DNA of 49,103 bases from the NCBI GenBank assembly GCA_964584435.1, contig CAZOZZ010000002.1:5050-54152 (forward strand), read 5' to 3'. This stretch comes from an uncultured Solibacteraceae bacterium (GTDB lineage Bacteria > Acidobacteriota > Terriglobia > 20CM-2-55-15). Below the pieces are notes generated by a model. The model was not told the DNA's origin, made no database searches, and worked only from the letters and a program-made list of their open reading frames with translations. Positions 27,720 through 37,913 of the stretch are shown here, piece by piece; position 1 is the stretch's first letter; each line of letters opens with the position of its first letter. Position numbers and translations under genes: made by a program.

Positions 27720-28202
27720 TTGTCTGAAGAGTTGACCCATATCGATGAACATGGCCGGGCTCGTATGGTCGATGTCGGAGGCAAGGATCGAACCGCGCGA
27801 ACGGCACGCGCTGAGGCTGTGGTCGAAATGAGCGACCGGCTTCTGGATCGATTGCGAAAGAAGACCCTGCCCAAGGGGAATCCGTTCGAGGTTGCGAGGA
27901 TAGCGGGTATACAGGCGGCGAAGAAAACGTCCGACCTGATTCCTCTGTGCCATCCGCTGCCCTTGACCCAGGTAGACGTCTCAATCGAGCTCACCGACGG
28001 AGGTGCACGCGTGGAAACATCAGCCCGAACGCTGGCCGAGACGGGCGTGGAGATGGAAGCTCTCGTCGCGGCGTCGGTCGCCGCGCTGACGCTGTACGAC
28101 ATGTGCAAGGCCGTCGACAAGGGCGTTGTTATCGGACCTGTTCGTCTGTTGGAAAAGACGGGAGGTAAGAGCGGAAACTGGAACAGGGAGAACGCCTTAT
28201 GA
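27720..28202 (+). CDS. moaC: Cyclic pyranopterin monophosphate synthase
   Basis: [38 protein letters not shown]. Confidence 0.97.
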   Translation: MSEELTHIDEHGRARMVDVGGKDRTARTARAEAVVEMSDRLLDRLRKKTLPKGNPFEVARIAGIQAAKKTSDLIPLCHPLPLTQVDVSIELTDGGARVETSARTLAETGVEMEALVAASVAALTLYDMCKAVDKGVVIGPVRLLEKTGGKSGNWNRENAL

Positions 28203-28693
28203 GTCTTGGAACCGCCCTCGTTCTGACGATCAGCGATACCGCTTTTGCCGGAGGGCGCGAGGATCTGTCAGGGCCGGAGGCCCGTCGTATCCTGGAGGAC
28301 GCCGGCTTTGAAGTCATCGGAGTCGAGGTGTTTGCCGACGAACGAACGCACATTCAGAATCGTCTGCGCCTCGCCTGCGACCGCGAACATCTGAACATCG
28401 TTGTGACGACAGGCGGTACGGGGCTGTCCCCACGCGACGTGACGCCCGAGGCAACGATGCGGATCATCGATCGGGAGGTGCCGGGCATGGCTGAGGTGAT
28501 CCGTAGCGAGGGCCTCAAGTCGACGCCCAAGGCGGCGCTTACCCGCGGCGTGGTCGGGGTTCGGGCATCGACGTTGATCGTGAACCTCCCGGGAAGCGTG
28601 AAAGGGGTCCGCGAATCTCTAGGGGCGCTGGTTCCCATCCTGGGGCATGCGATACAGGTGATCGGGGGATCGTCGCTGAATTGTGGGGAGTGA
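28199..28693 (+). CDS. moaB: Molybdopterin adenylyltransferase (MogA/MoaB family)
   Basis: [31 protein letters not shown]. Confidence 0.9.
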   Translation: MSLGTALVLTISDTAFAGGREDLSGPEARRILEDAGFEVIGVEVFADERTHIQNRLRLACDREHLNIVVTTGGTGLSPRDVTPEATMRIIDREVPGMAEVIRSEGLKSTPKAALTRGVVGVRASTLIVNLPGSVKGVRESLGALVPILGHAIQVIGGSSLNCGE

Positions 28694-28698
28694 GGGGA

Positions 28699-28799
28699 AG
28701 TGGTCAGTAGCCAGTGGTCAGTTGAGGAGAAGACTTTGGGAGTTGCCAGCGGCCGGTAGTCAGCTGAGAGAAGGGCCCTCAACTGACCACTGACAACTG
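28699..28799. repeat. Inverted heptamer arrays (AGTGGTC / GACCACT), first pair upstream of nuoA
   Basis: cagtagccagtggtcagttgagg pairs with cctcaactgaccactgacaactg. Confidence 0.85.
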
Positions 28800-28878
28800 C
28801 CAAGTCGACTTCGACTTTCGGCATCCGGGGTTTGAGGCTATACTGTCGAAATCCACCTTGAGAGGTGAGTTGGGCTTG

Positions 28879-28952
28879 AGTGGTTAGTGGCCAGTGGTCA
28901 GTTGGGGGAAGGGCTTTCTCAACTGACCACTGACCACTGGCCACTGACCACT
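28879..28952. repeat. Inverted heptamer arrays (AGTGGTC / GACCACT), second pair in the nuoA leader
   Basis: agtggttagtggccagtggtcagttg ... caactgaccactgaccactggccactgaccact; a TATACT -10 candidate (28839-28844) lies between the two pairs. Confidence 0.85.
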
Positions 28953-28961
28953 TTTTCAAAT

Positions 28962-29327
28962 ATGCAAGACATACTGCCACTGTACATCCCCATATTTCTT
29001 TTCTTCGGCATCGCCTTTCTGTTCCCGGTCGTGACCCTGTTATTTGCCAAACTCGTACGCCCTGAGACTGGTGGTGCGGCCAAACTCATGCCGTACGAAT
29101 GTGGTGTGGATCCAGAAGGTGAGGCGCACGATCGGTACGCAATCCGGTACTACCTGGTGGCTATCCTGTTCGTGGTTTTCGACGTCGAGACAATTTTCCT
29201 TTTCCCCTGGGCAGTGATTTACAAGCAGCTGGCCTGGTTTGGTCTGATCGAGATGTGTGTCTTTCTGGGGATCCTCATCGTGGGATACGTGTGGATCATC
29301 AAGAAGGGTGCCATCGAGTGGGCTTGA
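28962..29327 (+). CDS. nuoA: NADH-quinone oxidoreductase subunit A
   Basis: PYECG, YYLVAILFVVFDVE, PWA, KKGAIEW. Start set at MQDIL. Confidence 0.95.
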   Translation: MQDILPLYIPIFLFFGIAFLFPVVTLLFAKLVRPETGGAAKLMPYECGVDPEGEAHDRYAIRYYLVAILFVVFDVETIFLFPWAVIYKQLAWFGLIEMCVFLGILIVGYVWIIKKGAIEWA

Positions 29328-29342
29328 AGCCCGGAGCATTGA

Positions 29343-29912
29343 ATGGCCTGGATCGACAATCGATTTGAAAAGAACATCATCACGACGTCGGTAGATACCG
29401 TCTTCAACTGGGCGCGTAAGTCTGCACTCTGGCCCATGACGTTCGGCTTGGCCTGTTGTGCGATCGAGATGATGGCGACCGGCGCCTCACGATTCGATAT
29501 GGATCGATTCGGGGCGGGGATCTTCCGCCCGAGTCCGCGCCAGTCCGATCTGATGATCGTTGCCGGCACCGTGACGCTCAAGATGGCACCGGTCGTCCGT
29601 CGTGTTTACGACCAGATGCCGGACCCGAAATGGGTGATCTCCATGGGGGCGTGTTCGAACGTAGGCGGACCGTTTGATACGTATTCGGTACTGCAGGGTG
29701 TCGATCACGTCATTCCGGTTGATGTCTATGTTCCCGGATGTCCACCCCGGCCGGAAGCTTTGTTGTACGGCTTGATGCGCCTTCAGGACAAGATCGATCG
29801 CATGACGATCGCAAAGACGCCGACCGACGTCCGACTCGACGAGATCAAAGACGATCATCGGATCGCCCAGGCGGCCCTGGAGGAAATGGATCGTCTGAAG
29901 ATGAAGATCTAG
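29343..29912 (+). CDS. nuoB: NADH-quinone oxidoreductase subunit B
   Basis: [36 protein letters not shown]. Confidence 0.97.
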   Translation: MAWIDNRFEKNIITTSVDTVFNWARKSALWPMTFGLACCAIEMMATGASRFDMDRFGAGIFRPSPRQSDLMIVAGTVTLKMAPVVRRVYDQMPDPKWVISMGACSNVGGPFDTYSVLQGVDHVIPVDVYVPGCPPRPEALLYGLMRLQDKIDRMTIAKTPTDVRLDEIKDDHRIAQAALEEMDRLKMKI

Positions 29913-29937
29913 ATCCACGGTGTTTCTCAAGTACACG

Positions 29938-29963
29938 GCCCGGCTTTGATGCCGGGCTTTTTG
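29938..29963 (+). terminator. Intrinsic terminator-like hairpin after nuoB
   Basis: GCCCGGC-tttgat-GCCGGGC followed by TTTTTG. Confidence 0.7.
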
Positions 29964-29983
29964 TATGCTCTCTTCCGCCAGTC

Positions 29984-31072
29984 ATGACAGGAAATCCCGC
30001 GCTGATCGCCCATCTTGAGAGCCTTTTCCGGGAACACGGCAGGATTCCCTTCAGCCGGTACATGGAGGAGGCGCTCTACCACCCCGAGCACGGTTACTAT
30101 TCCGGCGACTTCGAACGTATCGGAGCCCGTGGTGATTTCTACACGGCTGCGGACCTGGACCCGGCGATGGGAACTCTCCTGGGGAATCTTTTCGACTACA
30201 TGTCGAACGCGATGGATTCTTTCGGGTTGGTTGAAATCGGAGCCGGGAAAGGATTGCTCGCTCGCCATGTCCTCAGCCACCGTCGCTTCCCCTACATAAT
30301 CGTCGAGCGCAGCCCGGCGATGCGGCGACGTCAGGAAGCCAATCTGTCAGGGTTCGACGTGGAATGGCGGGACGATTTACCCTCGGGTTTCCAGGGGTGC
30401 GTCTTCTCGAACGAATTCTTCGATGCCTTGCCCGTGCGACGCTTCGTTCGGCGCGGAGGAGAGCTCAAAGAGATCTTTGTCACCGAAGGATTTCGTGAGG
30501 TAGAGGGCAATCCGGAAATCGAACTTGACCTGCCGCTCGAAGAAGGCTGCTTGACGGACCTGAGTCTCGAGGCTCGTGATTGGACGAGGCGGATCGGGAG
30601 GACTCTGGATCGGGGCTACCACCTGGCCATCGACTACGGATACTTGAGTGGGGACTTCTTTTCTCGTCCCAGCGGGACGTTGATGTGCTACCACCGTCAC
30701 CGAACCAACGAGAACCCGTACACCGAGATCGGTCGGCAGGATATTACGGCGCACGTCAATTTTTCGGATTTGATCGACGTCGGCTCAGAAGAGGGATTGG
30801 ATCTGGCCGGTTATACGACCCAGATGGATTTTCTGATCGACCTCGGTCTGCTGGATCTCATGGCGCCGCTGGCCGAGGCGGGCGACGTGGCCTCCATTCG
30901 ACGGTTGCAGGCTCTAAAGACCCTCCTGTTGCCTCCAATGATGGGTGAGCGATTCAGAGTGCTGCTGCAACAGAAGGGGCTGCCACCTGGGCCCGTGCCG
31001 GGCTTTCGCCGGACTGCCGGGGCAGGGAATAAGGTCGTTTCCGGGCAACCCGAACCTGAAGGCCGCAGCTAA
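29984..31072 (+). CDS. SAM-dependent methyltransferase, MidA/NDUFAF7 family
   Basis: IPFSRYMEEALYHPEHGYY, GDFYTA, VEIGAGKG, SNEFFDALP, IDYG, GRQDITAHVNF, TQMDFL, MGERFRVL. Start set at MTGNP. Confidence 0.92.
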   Translation: MTGNPALIAHLESLFREHGRIPFSRYMEEALYHPEHGYYSGDFERIGARGDFYTAADLDPAMGTLLGNLFDYMSNAMDSFGLVEIGAGKGLLARHVLSHRRFPYIIVERSPAMRRRQEANLSGFDVEWRDDLPSGFQGCVFSNEFFDALPVRRFVRRGGELKEIFVTEGFREVEGNPEIELDLPLEEGCLTDLSLEARDWTRRIGRTLDRGYHLAIDYGYLSGDFFSRPSGTLMCYHRHRTNENPYTEIGRQDITAHVNFSDLIDVGSEEGLDLAGYTTQMDFLIDLGLLDLMAPLAEAGDVASIRRLQALKTLLLPPMMGERFRVLLQQKGLPPGPVPGFRRTAGAGNKVVSGQPEPEGRS

Positions 31073-31254
31073 ATGAGCGGATCGCTCATTCGCTCATGAT
31101 TTCAAGTAAATACCGTCTGTTCTTCCATCGAATTCTGCGTTAGTATGGCTTGTTTGTCGGGGTGCGGGTTGGATGCTGCGGGGTTTGGAGCCTCGTCAAT
31201 CCACCTGTTCCGACACATCTGGCAATTTCCTGCCAAAGAAAGAAAATAGTAAGC

Positions 31255-32004
31255 GTGGCTGACGAGAAAGATAACAAGCAGAACCAGGGATCGGATTCTG
31301 TAGGCTCGGAACCCGATAAGGTCCCTGTGGGCGAAAAGGCGCCGGCTGGCCCCCCCCCGGACGCCGGGAAACCCGCTGCCTCCCCTCCGGCGAAGGAAGG
31401 ACAGGCGAAGCCTGCCGTCCCCAAGCCCCCCCCGAAGAAGGTGCCGCCAAAGCCAAAAGGGCCGCAACCAGAGCCCTGGTCTTCTCCATTGGTTGACGCC
31501 ATCAAGGAAGAGTTCCCCGACCAGGTCGTCGATTCCTTCACGTTCGTTTCTCAACGTCAGATTGTTGTCAAGAAAGACCGTGTCACGGAGATTCTGGCAT
31601 TCCTACGCCGCAACGATATCGAGCCGTTCGATTTTCTGAGCGATGAAACGGCGGTCCATTGGCCGGCGGAAGAAGAGTTCGAAATCGTTTACATGCTGTT
31701 TTCGTTCGAGACCCAGGGACGGATTCGCGTCAAGACTCGCATCAAGGAATGGGAGCAGATCGAGAGCCTCGTCAGCCTCTGGCCCGGCGCCGACTGGCTG
31801 GAACGGGAGATCTACGACATGTTCGGGATCCGCTTCGGGAACCATCCCGACCTGAAACGAATCCTGATGCCCGACGACTGGACCGGTTTCCCCTTGAGAA
31901 AGGATTACGATATGCGCCTGCAGGACGTGGAGTGGGTGCGTAAACACCTGGGAATAGATTCGGGGCAGAAATTTTATGTGGGGAAGGCCAGGCATGAGGA
32001 GTAG
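31255..32004 (+). CDS. nuoC: NADH-quinone oxidoreductase subunit C with a Pro/Lys-rich N-terminal extension
   Basis: [34 protein letters not shown]. Start uncertain; the GTG at 31255 was chosen. Confidence 0.93.
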   Translation: MADEKDNKQNQGSDSVGSEPDKVPVGEKAPAGPPPDAGKPAASPPAKEGQAKPAVPKPPPKKVPPKPKGPQPEPWSSPLVDAIKEEFPDQVVDSFTFVSQRQIVVKKDRVTEILAFLRRNDIEPFDFLSDETAVHWPAEEEFEIVYMLFSFETQGRIRVKTRIKEWEQIESLVSLWPGADWLEREIYDMFGIRFGNHPDLKRILMPDDWTGFPLRKDYDMRLQDVEWVRKHLGIDSGQKFYVGKARHEE

Positions 32005-32014
32005 GACGGGGAAG

Positions 32015-32134
32015 TCTTTACGCGGATTGAACGGATTACGCGGATGGGAGTCCGAGGTCCGAAGTCAGAGGTCGGGAGAGCTGCACGCTGCACGCTGCAC
32101 GCTGCTTGCTGATAGCTACTAGCTACTAGCTACC
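32015..32134. repeat. Composite repeat block (CGCGGATT nonamers, GTCCGAG heptamers, GCTRCAC/GCTACTA heptamers)
   Basis: 32015-32077 resembles the reverse complement of 24730-24799; the block ends 2 nt before the nuoD ATG. Confidence 0.8.
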
Positions 32135-32136
32135 AA

Positions 32137-33249
32137 ATGACACACGAAACTCTATTTGATTCGAGCGAGATTACCCTGAACATGGGGCCGCAGCACCCGT
32201 CTACTCATGGGGTGTTGCAGGTCAAGCTCAAGCTCGATGGTGAAAAGGTGATCGACGCGGAGTGTGTCATCGGTTTTCTTCACCGCGGTGTGGAAAAGCT
32301 GGGCGAGAACCAGACCTTCGGGCAGTTTCTCCCGACCCTGGATCGGATGGACTACATCGCGTCGGTTTCCAACTGCCTCGGATACGCCGAGGCGATCGAA
32401 AAGATGCTCGGTGTGGAGGCGCCCCCACGCGCACAATACGTTCGTGTCATCCTCACGGAACTGAACCGGATCACAAGCCACCTGTTGTGGTTGGGAACAC
32501 ACGCCCTGGACATCGGCGCCATGACGGTCTTTCTCTACTGCTTCCGCGAGCGGGAAGAGATTCTGAAGATCTTCGAGAACTACTGCGGTGCCAGGCTGAC
32601 GACTCACGTGTTTCGGATCGGGGGGCTGCAGTACGAGATCTACGATGGCTTCGAAGACGAGGTGCGTGCGTTCATTAACGACTTCCCGAAGAAAGTGGAC
32701 GAGTACGAGCAACTGCTGACCGAGAACAGGATCTGGCTCGGTCGGACGCGCGGCGTCGGCGTCTTGACCAAAGAGGAAGCCATCGACATGGGTGTTACCG
32801 GGCCCTGTCTGCGTGCGTCCGGCGTCTCATGGGACATCCGGAAATCAAATCCCTATGCGGCCTACGCCGATTTCGATTTCGACGTTCCGGTCGGCGAGTA
32901 CGGGGATACGTACGACCGATACCTGGTGCGAATCGAGGAGATGCGACAGGCCACCCGGATCGTCTCCCAGGCTGTGGAGAAGATCCCGGACGGGCCGATC
33001 AAGGCGAAGGTAGGGAAGATCCTCAAGCCGGTTGTCGGGGATGTGTATCATGCGATCGAAGCGCCAAAAGGGGAGTTGGGGTATTACGTGGTTGCGGACG
33101 GCTCGACCCAACCCTACCGCGTTCGCGTGCGTCCGCCCTCATACATCAACCTCCAGGCGTTGCGCCAGATGGTGAAGGGGCACATGGTGGCTGATGTCGT
33201 GGCGGTGATCGGCACGCTCGACATCGTTCTCGGGGAGATCGACCGCTAA
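32137..33249 (+). CDS. nuoD: NADH-quinone oxidoreductase subunit D
   Basis: [51 protein letters not shown]. Confidence 0.97.
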   Translation: MTHETLFDSSEITLNMGPQHPSTHGVLQVKLKLDGEKVIDAECVIGFLHRGVEKLGENQTFGQFLPTLDRMDYIASVSNCLGYAEAIEKMLGVEAPPRAQYVRVILTELNRITSHLLWLGTHALDIGAMTVFLYCFREREEILKIFENYCGARLTTHVFRIGGLQYEIYDGFEDEVRAFINDFPKKVDEYEQLLTENRIWLGRTRGVGVLTKEEAIDMGVTGPCLRASGVSWDIRKSNPYAAYADFDFDVPVGEYGDTYDRYLVRIEEMRQATRIVSQAVEKIPDGPIKAKVGKILKPVVGDVYHAIEAPKGELGYYVVADGSTQPYRVRVRPPSYINLQALRQMVKGHMVADVVAVIGTLDIVLGEIDR

Positions 33250-33262
33250 CCGGATTCTTCAT

Positions 33263-34297
33263 ATGGATTTCGTCATCGAGTTCATGCTGGTTCCACTGAT
33301 CAAGATCGGGATCTTGTTCGGTGTCCTTTCCCTGGCTGTGGCTTACCTGACGCTGCTGGAGCGCAAAGTTATAGCGTTCATGCAGGTTCGACTGGGACCG
33401 ATGCGAGTGGGGCCGTACGGGCTGCTGCAGCCGATAGCCGACGGTTTGAAGCTGATGTTGAAGGAAGACATCGTACCGGCTGGAGCGGATCGCCTGATCT
33501 TCACGATGGCGCCCATCATCACGCTGATCCCGGCCTTCATCGTGTTTGCCGTGATCCCATTCGGCCCGACGATTTCGCCGTTTGGATATGACATCGACCT
33601 GTTTGTCACCGACTTGAACATCGGTGTTCTGTACGTGCTCTCGGTGTCGTCGATCGGGATTCTCGGCGTCATCCTCGGTGGGTGGGCATCCAACAGCAAA
33701 TACCCGTTGCTGGGCGCTCTGCGGTCCGCCGCGCAGATGGTCAGCTATGAGGTGCCTCTAGGTTTTTCGATTATCGGTGTGTTGCTGCTATCCGGATCGT
33801 TGAGTCTGGTCGAAATCGTCGAATCGCAGCGTGACAGCAACTTCTGGTTCATATTCCTTCAGCCAGTTGGTTTCCTTCTGTTTTTCGTCTGCGGGGTGGC
33901 TGAAACCAACCGTGCGCCTTTCGATCTTCCGGAAGCCGAGACTGAGCTTGTCGCGGGCTTCCACACCGAATACAGCGGTTTCCGGTTTTCGCTCTTCTTC
34001 CTGGCCGAGTACGCCAACATGATCGCCGTCTCGTGCATGGCGGTCACCCTGTTTCTCGGCGGATGGCTCCGGCCGTTTCCCAACATCGCGGCATTGAACT
34101 TCCTGGACCTCGTTCCCCCCGTGGTCTGGTTTGGACTCAAGGTTCTGGGCTTCTTGTATTTCTATCTGTGGTTCCGCGCGACATGGCCGCGTTACAGGTA
34201 TGACCAGCTAATGAGCCTGGGTTGGCGGTATCTGCTGCCGATCTCGATCGCCAACGTCATCGTGACCGCGATCCTGGTCCTGGTCTTAGGGGGATAG
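33263..34297 (+). CDS. nuoH: NADH-quinone oxidoreductase subunit H
   Basis: LERK, RLGP, QPIADGLK, AQMVSYE, ETNRAPFDLPEAE, PRYRYDQLM. Confidence 0.97.
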   Translation: MDFVIEFMLVPLIKIGILFGVLSLAVAYLTLLERKVIAFMQVRLGPMRVGPYGLLQPIADGLKLMLKEDIVPAGADRLIFTMAPIITLIPAFIVFAVIPFGPTISPFGYDIDLFVTDLNIGVLYVLSVSSIGILGVILGGWASNSKYPLLGALRSAAQMVSYEVPLGFSIIGVLLLSGSLSLVEIVESQRDSNFWFIFLQPVGFLLFFVCGVAETNRAPFDLPEAETELVAGFHTEYSGFRFSLFFLAEYANMIAVSCMAVTLFLGGWLRPFPNIAALNFLDLVPPVVWFGLKVLGFLYFYLWFRATWPRYRYDQLMSLGWRYLLPISIANVIVTAILVLVLGG

Positions 34298-34301
34298 CGA
34301 C

Positions 34302-34775
34302 ATGAAGGTCACTCATCCGGAAAAATTTTCGCTGCTGAAGAAGATACTCCTGATCGACCTGATCAAGGGCCTGATGCTGACGTTCTCATATCAAAGTCCC
34401 TCGAAGAACTATACGGAGCAGTATCCCAAGGTTCGTCCCAAGGTGTCAGAACGATTCCGGGGAGCGCCACGCCTCAACAACGATCCGTTGACGGGGGCAA
34501 CCCTGTGCATCGCCTGTAACCTTTGTTCCCTGGCCTGTCCGGAGCACTGTATCGAGGTGGCGTGGGATCGCAGCGAGAAGGGCAAGAAGGTTCTGACCAC
34601 CTTCACGTTCGACATTTCCCGTTGCATGTTCTGCGGGCTGTGCGAGGATGCGTGTCCGACGCCCTGTCTGGAGTTGACTCAGGATTTTGAACTGGCGTTG
34701 TATGGACGCAACGACATGAAGTGGGACCGTCAGAAACTGGAAGAAGGGAACCAGCCGATCCTGTACACGAAGTGA
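34302..34775 (+). CDS. nuoI: NADH-quinone oxidoreductase subunit I
   Basis: Two 4Fe-4S motifs, CIACNLCSLACP and CMFCGLCEDACP. Confidence 0.95.
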   Translation: MKVTHPEKFSLLKKILLIDLIKGLMLTFSYQSPSKNYTEQYPKVRPKVSERFRGAPRLNNDPLTGATLCIACNLCSLACPEHCIEVAWDRSEKGKKVLTTFTFDISRCMFCGLCEDACPTPCLELTQDFELALYGRNDMKWDRQKLEEGNQPILYTK

Positions 34776-34788
34776 CGAAACGGTCTTC

Positions 34789-35349
34789 TTGAACGACATG
34801 GCACAGCTTGTCATTTTTTACATCTTTGCGACGATCGCGGTAGTCTCGGCGATTCTTGTCATCACACGCAAGAACGCGGTACACAGCGCGATGTTTCTTG
34901 CTGCGACGTTGCTTTCGGTCGCCGGTATTTTCCTGAGCCTCCGAGCTGAATTCCTGGCGGGTGTCCAGGTGATCGTTTATGTGGGTGGCATTCTTGTCCT
35001 TTTCGTTTTTGTCATCATGCTGGTTCCGACAGACCGGGTTAAGTTTGAGCGTCGTTACAATCGCCAGGGAAAGATCGCCCTGGTGACCGCGGCGATCCTT
35101 GTTGCGGAGTTGGGATACGCGCTGTACCAGGGGCGCGATTCCTTCGAACTTCCTGCTGCTACGGGTGATCTGGCGGCCACGACTGCCAGTAACACGGAAC
35201 TGGTAGCCTTTGCTTTGTACCAGGACTATCTACTGCCTTTCGAGATCGCTTCAATACTGTTGCTGGTCGCGATCGTAGGCGCGGTGGTTCTGTCCAAGAA
35301 ACCGACGAGACCGGAGGAAGAGCCGGCGACCGACCCGGGTGGGGATTAG
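34789..35349 (+). CDS. nuoJ: NADH-quinone oxidoreductase subunit J
   Basis: AEFLAGVQVIVYVGGILVLFVFVIML; PFEIASILLL. Start is TTG at 34789 or ATG at 34798. Confidence 0.95.
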   Translation: MNDMAQLVIFYIFATIAVVSAILVITRKNAVHSAMFLAATLLSVAGIFLSLRAEFLAGVQVIVYVGGILVLFVFVIMLVPTDRVKFERRYNRQGKIALVTAAILVAELGYALYQGRDSFELPAATGDLAATTASNTELVAFALYQDYLLPFEIASILLLVAIVGAVVLSKKPTRPEEEPATDPGGD

Positions 35350-35356
35350 GATTCGG

Positions 35357-35412
35357 CTGTAGGGGCGCTCTGTGAGCGCCCAACGACGGGCAGTAATAGA
35401 CCGCCCCTACAG
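35357..35412. repeat. GTAG-family REP doublet (REPIN-like)
   Basis: ctGTAGgggcgctc-tgt-gagcgccc ... gggcagtaatagaccgcccCTACag. Confidence 0.75.
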
Positions 35413-35427
35413 ACAGGTTGAATAACG

Positions 35428-35730
35428 ATGGTACCGACACATCACTATCTCTTGCTTGCGGTCGTCCTGTTCACCATTGGCGTGATCGGGGTGCTCACAC
35501 GCCGCAATGTCCTGATCATCCTGATGTCCATCGAGCTGATGATGAACGCCGTCAACATCAACCTGATCGCTTTCTCAGCACAGTTGGAGCAGGTGACAGG
35601 ACAGGTTTTCGCGGTCTTTGTCATCGTTGTTGCCGCGGCGGAGGCAGCCGTCGGCCTGGGCATCGTGATCGCGATGTTTGCGAACAAAGAGACGGTGAAC
35701 GTCAACGAAATCGATTTGATGAAATGGTGA
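35428..35730 (+). CDS. nuoK: NADH-quinone oxidoreductase subunit K
   Basis: [26 protein letters not shown]. Confidence 0.96.
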   Translation: MVPTHHYLLLAVVLFTIGVIGVLTRRNVLIILMSIELMMNAVNINLIAFSAQLEQVTGQVFAVFVIVVAAAEAAVGLGIVIAMFANKETVNVNEIDLMKW

Positions 35731-35821
35731 TTAGCGAGCAGCAATCAGCTTGGAGCGTGCAGCCAGAAAGCTGTCCGTTGATAGCTGCACGCTACACGCT
35801 ACCAGCTACCAGCTGAAAGCT
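35731..35821. repeat. Inverted heptamer arrays (AGCGAGC / GCTRCNN)
   Basis: ttagcgagcagcaatcagc ... gatagctgcacgctacacgctaccagctaccagctgaaagct. Confidence 0.75.
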
Positions 35822-35826
35822 AAGAA

Positions 35827-37890
35827 ATGGACTTTCTCGAATCAATCTATCTCATCCCGCTCTTTCCCGCGGCCGGCTTCGTCATAAACGGCTTGTTTGG
35901 AAAGCGGTTCCCGAAGGTAGTCGTCAACCTTGTGGCCTGTGGGTCGGTCCTGGTGTCGTTCATCTTTGCACTCGCCGCGGTTGTTCAACTGATCGGGCTC
36001 GATGAGCATTCGCGGTCGCACACGGTAACGGTTTTCGAATGGATCAACGCCGGGTTTGCCCATACCTCGGCCGGCGAGCTGGTCCGGTTCAGGATTGACT
36101 GGGGGTTCCTCCTGGATCCGCTGTCGGCGATCATGGTCCTGGTTGTGACGGGTATCGGGTTCCTCATCCATGTTTATTCCACCGGATACATGGCCCACGA
36201 GGATGGCTACTACCGGTTCTTCGCCTACCTGAACCTGTTCATGTTCTCGATGTTGACGCTCATCCTGGGGAACAGCTATTTGATGCTGTTCGTCGGTTGG
36301 GAAGGTGTCGGGCTGTGTTCCTACCTGCTGATCGGCTTCTTCATCACAAAGCGCAGTGCCGGTGATGCCGCGAAGAAGGCTTTCGTTGTCAACCGTATCG
36401 GGGACTGGGGCTTTTCGGTCGGTATCATGCTGATCTTCTTCACATTCGGGACGCTGGAGTTTGCCGGCGTGTCTGAAGCTGTCCATGCGGGTGTGGAGGC
36501 GGGTCGCTACCAGGTCGGCGACACTCTTTTCATCGGAATCGCCATTGCGCTGTTCATCGGAGCAACGGCGAAGTCGGCTCAGATCCCGCTGTACGTGTGG
36601 TTACCCGACGCGATGGAAGGCCCCACACCTGTCAGCGCCCTGATCCATGCCGCGACGATGGTGACTGCAGGCGTCTACATGATTGCCCGGAGCAATTTTA
36701 TCTTTCAGATGGCTCCCCAGGCCATGTTGGTTGTGGCCGTCGTCGGTGCGTTGACGGCTTTCATGGCTGCTTCGATTGCACTGGTCCAGAACGACATCAA
36801 ACGTGTGCTTGCCTATTCGACAGTCAGTCAACTCGGCTACATGGTCCTGGCGCTCGGCGTCGGTGCCTACGCCGCCGGCATCTTCCACCTGATGACGCAT
36901 GCGTTCTTCAAAGCCCTGCTCTTCCTTGGATCCGGCAGCGTGATTCACGCGATGCACCATGAGCAGGATATGCGCAACATGGGCGCGCTCAAGAACAAGA
37001 TCCCCGTCACCTTCTGGACGATGGCTATCGGGACGCTTGCCATCGCCGGAACACCGTTCTTGTCCGGGTTCTTCTCCAAGGACGAAATCCTCTGGCGGAC
37101 CTTCGTGAGTGCTCAGGGATCGATCCCGTGGCTTTACGCGATTGGAGTCGTCGTTGCCGGTATGACAGCGTTCTATATGTTCCGGATGCTGTTCATGACT
37201 TTCTTCGGTGAGTCTCGAGTCGATCCGGAAGTTGAGACCCACATTCACGAATCGCCGAAGTCGATGACGGTTCCCTTGATGATACTGGCCGCGGGCTCCG
37301 TCGTCGCGGGCTACCTCGGCGTGCCCGCCTGGATGCACGGTGCGAACAGGATTGAACATTTCCTGGAACCGGTTTTCGAACCCTTACCCGTACCTGTGGA
37401 ATCCGTCGTGGAGGTGCACACCTATTCGCACCTTTTCGAAGGCGGCATGGCAGCCTTCTCGGTAGGTATCGCGTTCATCGGTTTCTTCGTCGCGTACTCG
37501 ATGTACTACAAGAAGAACGATCGGGCCCAGCAGGTGGCGGTCCAGTACAAGGCCGCGTATCAGGCGTTGTTGAACAAGTATTACATCGATGAACTTTACG
37601 ACTTCCTCTTCGTCAACCGGGCGAAGGATGCGGGAGACGGACTGTGGGAATTCGATGCCAAGGTCGTGGACGGCGCCGTGAACGGTTCTGCCAGAACAAC
37701 GATCAAGAGTTCCGTCGGGTCCATGTGGTGGGACAAGTGGGTCGTCGACGGAACGGTGCGCTTCATCGGTGGGTTCGTAAAGACATTCAGCTGGCCGGTT
37801 CGATTGATAGAGACCGGGTATGTGCAGAACTACGCTCTCGTGATGATGCTCGGGGTATTGGTTTTCATTGGGTACGTTCTTTGGGGATGA
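35827..37890 (+). CDS. nuoL: NADH-quinone oxidoreductase subunit L
   Basis: GWEGVGLCSYLLIGF, NRIGD, KSAQIPLYVWLPDAMEGPTPVSALIHAATMV, HAFFKALLFL. Confidence 0.97.
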   Translation: MDFLESIYLIPLFPAAGFVINGLFGKRFPKVVVNLVACGSVLVSFIFALAAVVQLIGLDEHSRSHTVTVFEWINAGFAHTSAGELVRFRIDWGFLLDPLSAIMVLVVTGIGFLIHVYSTGYMAHEDGYYRFFAYLNLFMFSMLTLILGNSYLMLFVGWEGVGLCSYLLIGFFITKRSAGDAAKKAFVVNRIGDWGFSVGIMLIFFTFGTLEFAGVSEAVHAGVEAGRYQVGDTLFIGIAIALFIGATAKSAQIPLYVWLPDAMEGPTPVSALIHAATMVTAGVYMIARSNFIFQMAPQAMLVVAVVGALTAFMAASIALVQNDIKRVLAYSTVSQLGYMVLALGVGAYAAGIFHLMTHAFFKALLFLGSGSVIHAMHHEQDMRNMGALKNKIPVTFWTMAIGTLAIAGTPFLSGFFSKDEILWRTFVSAQGSIPWLYAIGVVVAGMTAFYMFRMLFMTFFGESRVDPEVETHIHESPKSMTVPLMILAAGSVVAGYLGVPAWMHGANRIEHFLEPVFEPLPVPVESVVEVHTYSHLFEGGMAAFSVGIAFIGFFVAYSMYYKKNDRAQQVAVQYKAAYQALLNKYYIDELYDFLFVNRAKDAGDGLWEFDAKVVDGAVNGSARTTIKSSVGSMWWDKWVVDGTVRFIGGFVKTFSWPVRLIETGYVQNYALVMMLGVLVFIGYVLWG

Positions 37891-37913
37891 GTTTCCTCTA
37901 GGAGTTTCGATAC

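Noticed and set aside
28887-28961. N-terminal extensions of NuoA, MidA (29738-29983) and AtpI (44294-44470), and ORF 35418-35816
   Set aside because: These are translations of repeat DNA (LTTDHWPLTT, VQGPKS) or alternative frames overlapping real genes.
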